A stretch of 64,000 bases of DNA from Chthoniobacteraceae bacterium (GCA_037190965.1 JBBCKI010000002.1:82543-146542), one strand, 5' to 3'. Positions 18,575 through 29,914 are shown, counted from the stretch's first letter. Made by a program: numbers and translations. The notes: generated by a model from the letters alone, not told the origin.

Positions 18575-19987
18575 TTACGCCAATTCTTCCGCCGGATACG
18601 TCCAGATTTCGCTCAACGTCGGGTGATAATGAGGGACGTCGAGGAGATCCCGCGCTGTTGCCCGGAAGCGCATGGCGACCACGATCTCGTGGATCAATTC
18701 GGAAGCGTGCGGCCCGATGACCGCCGCTCCGACGATCTCCTTGGTTTCATCGGAAGTAAGCAGCTTCACGAATCCATCGGTCTCCCCGGCGATCATCGAC
18801 TTGCCGTGATCATCGAACGCGTAGCTTGCGACATTGTAACACACTGAGGATGCTTGAAGCTCCTGCTCTGTCATCCCGACCATCGCCACCTCCGGGGAGC
18901 TGAAAACGGCAAAAAGCCGGAGCCGGTAATTGATTTCTTCCAGCGCGGACGGCATCGCCTTGCCGCCGCGGCTCTTCAGGAGTCGCGCGGCGTTCCGGGC
19001 AGCCAATTCGGCTTGCTGAATGGCGATATGCACGACCTCATAAGGCCCCGACACGTCGCCTGCCGCGAAAATGTGAGGCACGCAGGTCTGCTGGGTCGGT
19101 TCGACATGGATCCGTCCGTGAGTCGCTTCCAGGCCGGCGTTCGCCAGGTTCAATCCTTCCGTGTGCGGCTCCCGGCCCAGCGCGCAGATGATCTCTTCGG
19201 CCTCAACCGAGCGGTTCTTCCCGGATTGCTCAAAATGAACCCGTTTGGCCCCCGTTTCCGTTCGTTCCACCTTTTGAAGGCGAGTGTGGCAGTAGACCCG
19301 CATCCCGCGTTTGCGGTAAGCATTCTCCAGAGCGCAGCTGATGTCGCCATCCATCTCCTTCAAAAGCTGTGGGCTCCGCTGGATGACGGTGACTTCCGTG
19401 CCGAGCGCGGCGTAAAAATGGGAGAATTCCATGGCCGTTGCACCGCCGCCGAGGATGATGACGGAGCGCGGGATGTGCGTCATCTCCAGCACCTTGTCGC
19501 TGTTCCAGAACCCCACTTCCGCCAGGCCGGGAACTTCCACACACTTGAAGCGGGAACCGGTGGCCAGAAGGAATGTCTCGGCGGAAATCGACTTTTTCGT
19601 TCCGTCGGGCAGAGAAATCTCGATGGTATGGGGATCAGTAAACGCAGCCCACCCCCTATGGAGATCAAACCGGCCGCTGGCAAGCTGCTTGGCCCGGTAG
19701 TCGGCAAACTCCTGCACCAACCGCTCTTTGCGGGCGCGGATCTCGGCGCAGGCAAAGCTGATCTCACCGGCGATCAGACCAAAATCTCCGGCCCGTCGGA
19801 GGGTCATGTAGCGGTTGGCCGACTCCAGCAGTGCCTTGCTGGGCATGCATCCGCGCAGGATGCAAAGGCCGCCCAGCTCGTCGCTGCCTTCCACAACCGC
19901 GACCCGCAAGCCAAGCTGGCATGCCGCCGCCGCGCCGTTGTAACCGGCGCTCCCGCCACCGAGGATGATCAGATCGTAATCCTTCAT
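18575..19987 (-). CDS. Class I pyridine nucleotide-disulfide oxidoreductase (dihydrolipoamide dehydrogenase-like)
   Basis: GGGSAG, GGLCILRGCMPSK redox disulfide, HPTLSE. Confidence 0.9.
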   Translation of the reverse strand: MKDYDLIILGGGSAGYNGAAAACQLGLRVAVVEGSDELGGLCILRGCMPSKALLESANRYMTLRRAGDFGLIAGEISFACAEIRARKERLVQEFADYRAKQLASGRFDLHRGWAAFTDPHTIEISLPDGTKKSISAETFLLATGSRFKCVEVPGLAEVGFWNSDKVLEMTHIPRSVIILGGGATAMEFSHFYAALGTEVTVIQRSPQLLKEMDGDISCALENAYRKRGMRVYCHTRLQKVERTETGAKRVHFEQSGKNRSVEAEEIICALGREPHTEGLNLANAGLEATHGRIHVEPTQQTCVPHIFAAGDVSGPYEVVHIAIQQAELAARNAARLLKSRGGKAMPSALEEINYRLRLFAVFSSPEVAMVGMTEQELQASSVCYNVASYAFDDHGKSMIAGETDGFVKLLTSDETKEIVGAAVIGPHASELIHEIVVAMRFRATARDLLDVPHYHPTLSEIWTYPAEELA

Positions 19988-20051
19988 AAGATAGAAATCG
20001 CGCCCTCCGCATTGGCGAGCGCGATCAAAGCCTAGAAGGATTCGGCCCCGG

Positions 20052-20615
20052 CTACAAACTCAGAAAATTCGCAAGCAGCCGTTTTCCTTCGATCGTCAGG
20101 ATCGATTCCGGATGAAACTGCACACCGTGGATTGGAAACTCGCGGTGCCGCAGCCCCATGATCTCCCCCTCGGCAGTTTCCGCCGTAATTTCCAAAACGG
20201 CGGGAAAGGTGTCGCGCTTGACGAGCAGCGAGTGGTAGCGGGTTGCCGCAAACGGGTTCGGCAACCCGGCAAAGATCCCCTTTCCGTCATGATGGATCGG
20301 CGAGGTCTTCCCGTGCATGAGCCGCCCGGCCCGCACGACGTCCCCTCCGAACACCTGACCGATGCACTGATGCCCCAGGCAGACACCAAGCAGCGGGAGA
20401 TGCGGCCCGAAACGGCGAATCACCTCATTGCTTATCCCCGCCTCATTGGGCGTGCAGGGGCCGGGAGAGATGCAAATCCGCGCCGGTTTGAGCTCCGCGA
20501 TGGCGTCCGGAGTAATTTCGTCATTGCGGCGCACCACCATCTCCGCGCCGAGTTCGCCGAAATACTGCACCAGATTGTAGGTAAACGAGTCGTAATTATC
20601 GATGACAAGAAGCAT
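20052..20615 (-). CDS. trpG: Anthranilate synthase component II (glutamine amidotransferase)
   Basis: [31 protein letters not shown] at 20615. Confidence 0.93.
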   Translation of the reverse strand: MLLVIDNYDSFTYNLVQYFGELGAEMVVRRNDEITPDAIAELKPARICISPGPCTPNEAGISNEVIRRFGPHLPLLGVCLGHQCIGQVFGGDVVRAGRLMHGKTSPIHHDGKGIFAGLPNPFAATRYHSLLVKRDTFPAVLEITAETAEGEIMGLRHREFPIHGVQFHPESILTIEGKRLLANFLSL

Positions 20616-20629
20616 GGCGTTTATCCTTT

Positions 20630-22168
20630 CTAGTGGCGGTGAAGATGAGAGTGAGGGTGTGGCGATCCGGCACGTTTCGCGTGCTCGATGGCGCGCATCA
20701 TTCCCATCGCCTTGTTGACCGTCTCCTGATATTCGCCCTCGGGCGTGGAATCGGCAACGACCCCCGCCCCTGCCTGCACGTAAGCCTTCCCGTCCTTCAG
20801 AACCACGGAGCGCAGGGTGATGCACGAATCGTGGTTTCCATCGAACCCGAAGTAACCGACCGCACCCGCGTAGGTTCCGCGCCGGTTCTTTTCAAGCTGG
20901 TTGATGATCTGCATGGCCCGCACCTTGGGCGAGCCTGAGACTGTCCCCGCCGGGAACGTCGCCCGGAGTACATCGTAGGCATTGCTCCCCTCGCGCAACT
21001 TTCCAACGACGTTGGAAACGATGTGCATGACGTGGCTGTACCGCTCGATCGTCATGAAATCGGTCACGGTAATGCTCCCGAAATCGGCGATCCTGCCGAC
21101 ATCGTTGCGAGCGAGATCGACCAGCATCAGGTGTTCCGCGCGTTCCTTGGGGTCGGCCAGAAGATCGGCGGCGTTGGCGTCGTCTTCCTCCGGGGTTTCC
21201 CCTCGCCTGCGAGTCCCGGCGATGGGCCGGATCGTGATGTTCCCGTCAACGGCGCGGACATGGACTTCCGGCGAACTCCCGACCAGCGAGAACTTCCCGC
21301 CAAATTTAAGGCAGAAGAGGTAGGGCGATGGGTTGATGAAGCGCAACGCCCGGTAGAGCTGGAGCGCGTCGCCGTCGTAATCGGCCTCGAACCGCTGGGA
21401 GAGCACCACCTGAAAGATGTCCCCGGAATGAATGAACTCGTGCGCCTTCTTGACCATCCCGTGAAACTCCTCGCGCGAGGTGTTGCTGCGGGGCGCTTCG
21501 TCCGGAGCTTTTGAGGCATCGCGATGCACGTTGATCTGAGGGAGCAACGCCGGGCGGGCCAGCCGTTCCAGCAATGCCTCGATTTTCTCGCAGGCGATGT
21601 CGTAGGCGGTGCCGGGATCACCCTCCACCAGCGCGTTGGAAAGAATCCGGATCCGGCGCAGGCGATGATCGAAAATCAGGACGGTGTCCGTGATCATGAA
21701 GACCATATCGGGCACGCCGACCTCTCCGGGAGGCAGCGCGCCGATGCTCGGCTCAAAGAAGCGGACCATATCATAAGACATGTAGCCGACCGCGCCCCCG
21801 GCAAACGGAGGCAGCCCCGGCAGCGGTACAGGACGGAACCGGGACATCAGCTTCTGGAGCTCCTGCAACGGCTCGGCCTCGGTCTGGAACTCGCGCGTCT
21901 CCCCTTTTTCGGTGATGCGGATGGTCCGTCCCGTCGCTTCGAACAGAACGCGGGGATCGCTCCCCACAAACGAGTAGCGCCCTCCCTGTTCGCTGTTCTC
22001 CGCCGACTCCAGCAGGAAGGCGTAGCCGTCGCCGCTGTCGAGCTTCCGGAACGCGGAAACCGGGGTCTCCGCGTCGGCGATCAGCTCCGTGCTGACCGGA
22101 ATGAGATTGCCGTGCGCCGCGAGCTCACAAAACTGCTCGCGCGTCGGCTGGATCAAATGTTTTGTCAT
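20630..22168 (-). CDS. trpE: Anthranilate synthase component I
   Basis: [33 protein letters not shown]. Confidence 0.95.
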   Translation of the reverse strand: MTKHLIQPTREQFCELAAHGNLIPVSTELIADAETPVSAFRKLDSGDGYAFLLESAENSEQGGRYSFVGSDPRVLFEATGRTIRITEKGETREFQTEAEPLQELQKLMSRFRPVPLPGLPPFAGGAVGYMSYDMVRFFEPSIGALPPGEVGVPDMVFMITDTVLIFDHRLRRIRILSNALVEGDPGTAYDIACEKIEALLERLARPALLPQINVHRDASKAPDEAPRSNTSREEFHGMVKKAHEFIHSGDIFQVVLSQRFEADYDGDALQLYRALRFINPSPYLFCLKFGGKFSLVGSSPEVHVRAVDGNITIRPIAGTRRRGETPEEDDANAADLLADPKERAEHLMLVDLARNDVGRIADFGSITVTDFMTIERYSHVMHIVSNVVGKLREGSNAYDVLRATFPAGTVSGSPKVRAMQIINQLEKNRRGTYAGAVGYFGFDGNHDSCITLRSVVLKDGKAYVQAGAGVVADSTPEGEYQETVNKAMGMMRAIEHAKRAGSPHPHSHLHRH

Positions 22169-22554
22169 TTGGAATAAGTCTTTTCGGGATCGAAAACTCT
22201 TGGCTCCTCAATCGACTCGGGCGATCCGTCCCGCGTCAGGGCCTGGAAAAAGCAGGAGGAATATCCGGTGTGGCACGCGCCCCCCTCCTGATCGACTTCA
22301 AAGAGCAGCGTGTCGGCGTCGCAATCGACATACCATCGCAGCACCCGCTGGGTGTGCCCGCTCGTCTCCCCCTTCAGCCAGAGCTTCTGGCGGGATCGGC
22401 TCCAGTAATGCATGAACCCTGTCTCCAGCGTTTTCTCGATGGAAAGACGGTTCATCCACGCCATCATCATCACGCGGCCGGCGTTCGGCTTGCCGTTCTG
22501 GGTTTGCTGCACAATGGCTGGGATAAGTCCGTCGGAGTTGAATTTGAAGTTCAT
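22165..22554 (-). CDS. hisI: Phosphoribosyl-AMP cyclohydrolase
   Basis: YWSRSR, KGETSG, DCDADT, CHTGYSSCF; ATGA overlap with trpE. Confidence 0.96.
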   Translation of the reverse strand: MNFKFNSDGLIPAIVQQTQNGKPNAGRVMMMAWMNRLSIEKTLETGFMHYWSRSRQKLWLKGETSGHTQRVLRWYVDCDADTLLFEVDQEGGACHTGYSSCFFQALTRDGSPESIEEPRVFDPEKTYSK

Positions 22555-22570
22555 GAAGCAGTGATTTCGG

Positions 22571-22612
22571 AAAAACAAAAAACCCGACGATTCGGTCATT
22601 TGAATCATCGGG
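22571..22612 (-). terminator. Intrinsic terminator (attenuator) just upstream of hisI
   Basis: Minus strand CCCGATGATTC-aaatgacc-GAATCGTCGGG then TTTTTTGTTTTT. Confidence 0.85.
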
Positions 22613-22689
22613 CGAAAAGTGCGACGCAAGGCGCGACGACTGGGTTAAGCCTGGGAGGTCGAAAATTCCCCGGCAAAACCGCAAGCCCT

Positions 22690-22722
22690 TCAGCGATGCC
22701 ACCAATGCAGGATGCGTCTCAC
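22690..22722 (-). CDS. Putative His/Trp leader peptide MRRILHWWHR
   Basis: GTG AGA CGC ATC CTG CAT TGG TGG CAT CGC TGA, upstream of the terminator and hisI-trpE-trpG. Confidence 0.78.
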   Translation of the reverse strand: MRRILHWWHR

Positions 22723-22729
22723 GAGGGAT

Positions 22730-22758
22730 TGCCTACACCGCCCCGGGAAATGTGGCAA
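22730..22758 (-). promoter_or_regulatory. Putative sigma70 promoter of the leader-hisI-trpEG transcript
   Basis: TTGCCA-17 nt-TAGGCA with 7 nt to the leader GTG; -10 lacks the final T. Confidence 0.5.
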
Positions 22759-22820
22759 GCGGAAATCGCTTGGCTGGCGTGAACCGGGTCATAGCGGGCA
22801 AGTGACAAAAGAAAGGAAAA

Positions 22821-22982
22821 TGGTGCGGCAGGATCGGTAGACCGCTCGCGCCGTCGAGCGCGGCGTTCGGCTGCGCTGGCTTATGAGAGCGGCATCCCAA
22901 CACCAGCGGCCCGTCCTCCGGGGATGGACGTCAAACGCTCTTCACGAGTCGTCTCCCGCGCTCTCGGCGAGAGCGGGCCACC
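22821..22982 (-). repeat. REPIN-like family A, copy A3
   Basis: Reverse-orientation copy with both arms. Confidence 0.9.
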
Positions 22983-23012
22983 TTCGCTGGTCCTCAAAGC
23001 AGCCCGTAGGTT

Positions 23013-24113
23013 CTACGCAGCCGCGCCGCCGTTCACCTCGAGCATCCGCAGGGCGTTCACCGCATGGCGAATCTCCTCGCGCAGTTCGGCAAGCATCTCC
23101 CGGGTCACTTCGAGATCCTCGGCCCGATGCTGTGCCCACTGTTGGGCCGTCGTCTGAATCCGCTGGCAGGTCGCGGTGAGATAGGCGTGGGCGGTTTCCG
23201 TAAGACCCGGTGTGGCGAGCTTGATCTCCAGGTGGCGTTGCGCCTCGGCGAGTTCCGCCAACATGATCTTTTCAGCAGGGACGCGGCGGAGCTTCTTGGC
23301 CAGGCCGACTTTGGAAAGCGTCCAGATGATCCACTTCGTCGGATCGAACTGCCACGCCTTCACGCCGTTACGGTAGTCGTGCTGAAACTCGTGATGGTAG
23401 TTATGATACCCCTCACCAAAGGTGACGAGCGCCATGATCCAGGAATCGCGCGCGCTGCAACGGGTGGAATAAGGACGGTCACCCAGATAATGGCAGAGCG
23501 AGTTGATGCAGAAGGTGCAATGCTGGAGGAAAACGACGCGAGCAACGCCCGCGATCAGGAAAGCACCGAGAGCGGAAATCCAGCCACCCCAAGCGAACCC
23601 AATGGCGGCGGGAAGCACAAAGGCCACGAAAGAGCCGATCCAGTGGATGTAGCGGTGCTGCCACATGACGAGCGGGTCCTTCTGGAGATCCGCTACGTTG
23701 TCATAGGGAGGTGGGGGATTGAGCTTGAACATCAACCAGCCAATGTGAGCGTGGAAAAGCCCCTTGTTGATGTTGTAGGGGTCATCATCGTGATCGACAT
23801 GCTTATGGTGCGTCCGATGCTCGCAGGACCAGAGCAGTACGGAATTCTCAAACGCACCGGCGCCGAAGATGATTGTAAAGAGGCGTACGCTCCAATGCGC
23901 CTGGAAGGAGAGGTGCGAAAAGAGACGGTGATAGCCGAGCGTGATGGAAAAACCGCACGCGCAGAACATTACGAAGAACAGGATGATCTGAAACCAGTCG
24001 ATTCCAAAAAACCAAATGTAGGCCGGCACCGCCGTCAGAGAGAGAAACAGGGTACCGATCAGGAATGAACTCGTGGTCCAGTTGACTTTGTCGAAAGGAA
24101 TTCTCGAAAACAT
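23013..24113 (-). CDS. Delta-9-type membrane fatty acid desaturase
   Basis: His boxes HRLFSH, HRTHH, GEGYHNYHH; DPTKW. Confidence 0.94.
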   Translation of the reverse strand: MFSRIPFDKVNWTTSSFLIGTLFLSLTAVPAYIWFFGIDWFQIILFFVMFCACGFSITLGYHRLFSHLSFQAHWSVRLFTIIFGAGAFENSVLLWSCEHRTHHKHVDHDDDPYNINKGLFHAHIGWLMFKLNPPPPYDNVADLQKDPLVMWQHRYIHWIGSFVAFVLPAAIGFAWGGWISALGAFLIAGVARVVFLQHCTFCINSLCHYLGDRPYSTRCSARDSWIMALVTFGEGYHNYHHEFQHDYRNGVKAWQFDPTKWIIWTLSKVGLAKKLRRVPAEKIMLAELAEAQRHLEIKLATPGLTETAHAYLTATCQRIQTTAQQWAQHRAEDLEVTREMLAELREEIRHAVNALRMLEVNGGAAA

Positions 24114-24234
24114 GAATCAGGATTTGGGCGCGATCTGCGAGAGACAATGGAACTGAGTTCTTTTTACCCAACCCTGTACACCGCCGAGGCGGGAGGAGCA
24201 TACACGGTTAATGCCCGAGCGCAAAGAGTCTGTG

Positions 24235-24274
24235 AAAAAAAATAGGCGGAGGGGAGGATCTCTCCCCCTCCGCC
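24235..24274 (-). terminator. Intrinsic terminator after the flotillin gene
   Basis: GGCGGAGGGGGA/TCCCCTCCGCC stem followed by a T-run on the minus strand. Confidence 0.8.
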
Positions 24275-24287
24275 GATCAAAAACGTC

Positions 24288-25733
24288 CTATTCCGCCGCC
24301 GCAGGCCGGCTCTTGACCTCGCCGTTGGCAGGTGCGGGGCGTCCCCCGTCGGCCTGAGGAATCTCCATCTTCCCGAGGTAATCAGGGAGCCGCAACCCGG
24401 CCTGGCGGGCGAGTTCCTGCAACGGTGGGAGGCTGCGGATGAGGCCCGAGAGGAAATTGGAGGTGGAGCCCCCGTTCTCGCCGCCGTTGCCGCTGTCCCA
24501 GACGGTGATTTTGTCGATCTTGATGCCGGAAATCGCCTTCGCCTGGGCGTCGACGAGCTTCGGCATCTGCTCGCCAAGCAGTAGGGTGATGGCAATTTGC
24601 GGGTTGTTCCCGGCAGCCGCGATCATGTTCTTGAAGCCGTCAGCCTTCGCCTCAAGGATTTGCTTGGTGCCTTCGGCCTCCGCGCCAAGCCGGGAGGAGA
24701 TCCCGAACGCGTCGGCTTCCGCGGTGGCCTTGATGCTGGCGGCCTGCGCGTTGGCGTTGATCTTGATCTGCTCGGCGTCCGCTTCCGCCATGACCATGAT
24801 TTTCTGTTTCTGCACCTCGGCGGGGATAACCTCGTTGGCGTACCGGGTGGCCTGCTCCACTTCGGCGCGGGCGAGTTCCGCTTCGCGCTTGGCGGTGTAG
24901 GAGTCGCGTTCGGCATTCGCGTTGGCGACCCGCTCCGCCGTGACGGCGAGCCGGTTGGCCTCGGCAATCTGGACGCTCAAAGCGGCGTTCGAGTTTGCGA
25001 TTTCGATTTGGGCCAGGTTCTTCCCCTTGGTCCCTTCGGCGATGGCATTGGCCACCTCGACCTCTTTTGCCCGGTTCGCCTGCGCCGCGCCGATGTCACC
25101 GTCGCGTTCGGCTTCGGCGACTTTCACCTTGGCTTCCGCGATGGCTTTGGAGGCGGCCTCTTTACCCAGCGCCTCGATGTAGCCGCTCTCGTCGGTCACG
25201 TCCTGAATGTTGACGTTGATGAGCCGCAACCCGACTTTCTTCAACTCGACTTCCACACCGTTGGCGATGTTGGAAATCAGTTTATCGCGGTCGGAGTTGA
25301 TCTCCTCGATGCTCATTGTGGCGATGACCACGCGCATCTGGCCGAAGATGATGTCCTTGGCGAGATCGCGGATACTCTCGTGCGTGAGCCCGAGAAGCCG
25401 CTCCGCCGCATTTTCCATCACGCCCATTTCCGTCGCGACACCCACGGTGAAGGTGGACGGAGTATTGACGCGGATGTTCTGCCGGGAGAGCGCGCCTTTG
25501 AGCGGGATCTCAATCGGCATCGGAGTCAGGTCGAGATACTGATAAGACTGGAAAAGCGGCCAGATAAAGGTGGCCCCACCATGGATACATTTGGCGGACT
25601 TTCCCCCGCCGACTTTTCCGTAAACGACCAGCACGCGGTCGCTCGGGCAGCGTTTATAACGACTGCCGAGGGCAAGAACTGCCGCTCCGAGAAGAACAAA
25701 AACACCTCCAATAAGGATCAACGCTTCAAACAT
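24288..25733 (-). CDS. Flotillin / SPFH family protein
   Basis: N-terminal TM, SPFH domain, AEA-rich coiled coil, KIDKITVWD. Confidence 0.93.
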   Translation of the reverse strand: MFEALILIGGVFVLLGAAVLALGSRYKRCPSDRVLVVYGKVGGGKSAKCIHGGATFIWPLFQSYQYLDLTPMPIEIPLKGALSRQNIRVNTPSTFTVGVATEMGVMENAAERLLGLTHESIRDLAKDIIFGQMRVVIATMSIEEINSDRDKLISNIANGVEVELKKVGLRLINVNIQDVTDESGYIEALGKEAASKAIAEAKVKVAEAERDGDIGAAQANRAKEVEVANAIAEGTKGKNLAQIEIANSNAALSVQIAEANRLAVTAERVANANAERDSYTAKREAELARAEVEQATRYANEVIPAEVQKQKIMVMAEADAEQIKINANAQAASIKATAEADAFGISSRLGAEAEGTKQILEAKADGFKNMIAAAGNNPQIAITLLLGEQMPKLVDAQAKAISGIKIDKITVWDSGNGGENGGSTSNFLSGLIRSLPPLQELARQAGLRLPDYLGKMEIPQADGGRPAPANGEVKSRPAAAE

Positions 25734-25802
25734 AGGACTCTCCTTTCAATTCACCGGTTGGTTGGACAAGAGAGGATGGGCTCTTAAGGAATCAGTGGTT
25801 CC

Positions 25803-26363
25803 CTAACCCACCCTCTCGACTTTGACGGTTTCTTGATCAATCACCGCCAAAACTCTTATTTTCTCGCCGCTGGCGATCTCTTCGTCACTCATTGCGCCGA
25901 GCGTGACCATGCGCGACTGCGCGACCACTTGAATCTGACCGCCACTTTGACGCGACGGGATGCGAATGTACGCCGTGCCGACTTTTCCGACACTGTTGCG
26001 AATGTCGAAGGTATTATCCTCCTTCAATCCGTTGAAGGCGCGCATGAGAAAGAAAAATACCGCCCCGACCGCCAGCCCGGTCGCCGCGCCGCCGAGCGCT
26101 GCAACGGGAATGCTGAATTTCGCATTCAAGAGGAGCGAGCCGACGGAGCCGAACCCGAGGGCGAACCCGGCCACGGTTGTCCATGAAATGGCATGGCCTT
26201 CATCGCCGACACCGTCATGTAAATCCACGTGATCACCGAAACCAACCAACCTCAGGATGATCTGGAGCAAAGCCATCGCCAACCCGATCACCGCGATAAT
26301 GCGGAAGATCTGATGCACCAAAGTCCCCTCACTGATCCAGTCGTTAATGCCCAGTAATCCCAT
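25803..26363 (-). CDS. NfeD-like membrane protein
   Basis: Three hydrophobic helices plus OB-fold tail (VGKVGTAYIRIP...GQIQV); upstream of flotillin. Confidence 0.85.
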   Translation of the reverse strand: MGLLGINDWISEGTLVHQIFRIIAVIGLAMALLQIILRLVGFGDHVDLHDGVGDEGHAISWTTVAGFALGFGSVGSLLLNAKFSIPVAALGGAATGLAVGAVFFFLMRAFNGLKEDNTFDIRNSVGKVGTAYIRIPSRQSGGQIQVVAQSRMVTLGAMSDEEIASGEKIRVLAVIDQETVKVERVG

Positions 26364-26476
26364 GGTAAAAGCCTCCGGGCGGAACAAGTAGTGCTTTCCC
26401 CCCGGCGAAGCAACCAATTCTTCGCATTTTCGCCACATTGCCTCCGGGGCAAAATCTCTGTAACTTCCATCGGTTT

Positions 26477-27391
<915 letters not shown>

Positions 27392-27478
27392 TTTTGCAAA
27401 AAACAGGCTTCTCCGGCCTCCTGTTTTGCGGAATGTTAATTTCAGGCAAAACCAAGCCACCGCCAAGCCTGTCAACTC

Positions 27479-28414
27479 ATGAACCCGTTCGACCAAGCCC
27501 TCTCCTATGTTCAAGATGCGTTAGCCCAGAAAAGGCAAGGCGCGTCGGGTTCCCGCGCGTCGCACGCCTCCTTGCAGCGGCTTGTAGAGGCGACGCGCGG
27601 CTTCCAGCCTCAACCAATGGCAGAACGGACTCCTGAGCCCAAACCCGAACCCGGCTCGAGCCAGGGAGCCAAAGGGCTTGCCGCGCGCGTTCGCGCCGCG
27701 ATGGGTGAAGCTCCTCCTCCCAATTCTGCAACGTCCAAAACGCCCGACGCGCCGATTTCAAAATCCATGGCAACAGCGTCCTCCGAAAGCTCGCGGGAAG
27801 AACGGATGGAGCGTCTGCGCCAAAAGGTGCTCACCTGCGTCACCTGCGCCGACCTCGCCCATAAGCACCCACACGTGGTCTTCGGGGGAGGCGACGTGAA
27901 TGCAGAGTTGATGTTCGTGGGCGAAGCACCGGGAGCCGAAGAAGAACTTACGGGCGAACCGTTCGTCGGCAAGGCAGGCCAGTTGCTCACCAAGATCATC
28001 GAGGCGATGGGCTTCCGTCGGGAGCAGGTCTATATGGCCAACGTGGTGAAATGCCGCCCGACGATGCCGTCGGGAGAATCCGGCAATCGGGAGCCAAGCC
28101 CCGATGAAATCGCCCTCTGCCTCCCCTACCTGATCGAACAGATCGAAATCATCCGCCCAAAGTGCATTGTCGCGCTGGGGGGCACCGCCGCAGAAGGCTT
28201 GCTCAACAAAGCAACCCCGATCGGCGAACTCCGGGGGCATTGGCATTCCTTCAAGGGCATCCCGCTCATGGCCACGTACCACCCTGCTTACCTGCTCCGC
28301 AACCAGAGTAACACCGAAAAGCGGAAGGTCTGGGAGGACATGCTGCAAGTGCTCGAGCTGCTCGGAAAGCCGATCACCCCCAAGCAGCGCGGATATTTCC
28401 TTTCGAAGGGATAG
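27479..28414 (+). CDS. Family 4 uracil-DNA glycosylase with N-terminal low-complexity extension
   Basis: CxxC, GEAPG, PFVGKAG, NVVKCRP, YHPAYLLR. Confidence 0.93.
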   Translation: MNPFDQALSYVQDALAQKRQGASGSRASHASLQRLVEATRGFQPQPMAERTPEPKPEPGSSQGAKGLAARVRAAMGEAPPPNSATSKTPDAPISKSMATASSESSREERMERLRQKVLTCVTCADLAHKHPHVVFGGGDVNAELMFVGEAPGAEEELTGEPFVGKAGQLLTKIIEAMGFRREQVYMANVVKCRPTMPSGESGNREPSPDEIALCLPYLIEQIEIIRPKCIVALGGTAAEGLLNKATPIGELRGHWHSFKGIPLMATYHPAYLLRNQSNTEKRKVWEDMLQVLELLGKPITPKQRGYFLSKG

Positions 28415-28442
28415 GAAGTAAGAGCGACTTTTCTTCGCCGAA

Positions 28443-28526
28443 TGGCGCGGCAGCGCCGGTAGTCCGCTCGCGCCGCTGGGCGCGAGCATCGGCTCTCATG
28501 CCTGCATTGAGGGCGCATCCCAAACA
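28443..28526 (-). repeat. REPIN-like family A, half copy A4
   Basis: Tail, one arm and half the spacer (to GCATCCCAA); second arm absent. Confidence 0.8.
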
Positions 28527-28639
28527 CGCGGGAACACAATAAACGTGCCTCCCGGCCCCTCCCGCACCCTAGGCAAGAGATGCTATCCCCTACACTCGGG
28601 GCGCAGCTTCTTTTCGATTATCCGTGACCATCAAATAGC

Positions 28640-29914
28640 ATGATTGCCAAAAGCCAATACCCGATGAGGTCGAGAAAGGTGGAGCTATCATGGGAATTAT
28701 TGAACCACCTGGGCAAAAACTTCGGTGATTCTTTTTACATCCTCGACCTGCAGCGTTTTGAAGACAACTACAGGGAGTTCTCCCGTTCATTTCAGACGAT
28801 CTATCCCAAGAGCCAAATCGCTTACTCCTACAAAACGAATTACATCCCAAAATTATGTCAGTCCGTGAACGCCGCAGGGGGGTATGCCGAGGTGGTCTCC
28901 GGGATGGAATATCAACTCGCCCTTCGAGTCGGGGTTTCCCCACAGCGAATCATCTTCAACGGCCCCTCCAAAACTTACGATGAACTGGAGAACGCGCTTT
29001 TAGCGGGATCCATCGTCAATCTGGATTCATCCCGCGAGGTTGAACTTGCCGAGACCATTGCGGCACGATTTCCAAACACAACACTCCATGTCGGTCTCCG
29101 GTGCAGCTTTCCCATCGGTGACGAAAACGTCTCACGGTTCGGATTCGACGCGTCCTCCGGCAACCTCGAGATGGCGATCAATCGCCTCCGCAAACTCGCC
29201 AACTGCGACATTGTCGGTCTGCACTGCCACTTTTCCACGAAGCATAGAAGCCTGGAGTCCTTCACATTAAGGACGTCCAAACTGTTGGAGCTTTGCCGCT
29301 ACTACTTCGGCCCCGCGGGCCCGCGCTTGATCGATATTGGTGGTGGTTTCTTCAGCCCGATGAGTAGCGACCTCCAGAAACTATTCGAAGTTGAGGCGCC
29401 TGGTTACGGCGAATATGCCGCTGCCGTCGCTCCGCTTCTCGCGAAGGCCTACCCCGCCGGGAATGGCCCAGAACTGATCGTCGAACCTGGTTCAGCTCTC
29501 GTTGCCGATGCCATGCTATTCGTGGCGCGGATCGTTGAGATCAAGACGATCGCGTCCCGCCGCCTGGCGGTGGCCGCGGGCAGCATTCACAATATAAAGC
29601 CCACCCTGCACAACAAGAACATGCCCGTCCGCATCTTCAGCGCATGTCAACCGTCCGAACAGAGAACCGCGCCGGTTGACATCGTTGGCTACACCTGCAT
29701 GGAGCATGATTGCCTCCACCACGGATGCGATCAGGAAATTTCGATTGGCGATTACGCAGTGTTCGAAAACGTCGGAGCCTATACGATCGTCATGAAGCCT
29801 CCGTTCATCCAACCCTCCCCCGCCATCGTCGCCACAAAGCCTGGTTCTCCGGGATTTGAACTGGTCAAACACAGGGAAGAAATGTCGGACCTGTTTTCAA
29901 CCTATCTATTTTAA
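28640..29914 (+). CDS. PLP-dependent diaminopimelate decarboxylase-like enzyme
   Basis: YSYKTN, SRFG, GLHCH, DIGGG, EPG, GYTCMEHD, GAY. Confidence 0.85.
   Translation: MIAKSQYPMRSRKVELSWELLNHLGKNFGDSFYILDLQRFEDNYREFSRSFQTIYPKSQIAYSYKTNYIPKLCQSVNAAGGYAEVVSGMEYQLALRVGVSPQRIIFNGPSKTYDELENALLAGSIVNLDSSREVELAETIAARFPNTTLHVGLRCSFPIGDENVSRFGFDASSGNLEMAINRLRKLANCDIVGLHCHFSTKHRSLESFTLRTSKLLELCRYYFGPAGPRLIDIGGGFFSPMSSDLQKLFEVEAPGYGEYAAAVAPLLAKAYPAGNGPELIVEPGSALVADAMLFVARIVEIKTIASRRLAVAAGSIHNIKPTLHNKNMPVRIFSACQPSEQRTAPVDIVGYTCMEHDCLHHGCDQEISIGDYAVFENVGAYTIVMKPPFIQPSPAIVATKPGSPGFELVKHREEMSDLFSTYLF

Noticed and set aside
18575..19987. Mercuric reductase MerA
   Set aside because: No C-terminal Cys-Cys pair and no mer genes; HPTLSE fits Lpd-like enzymes.
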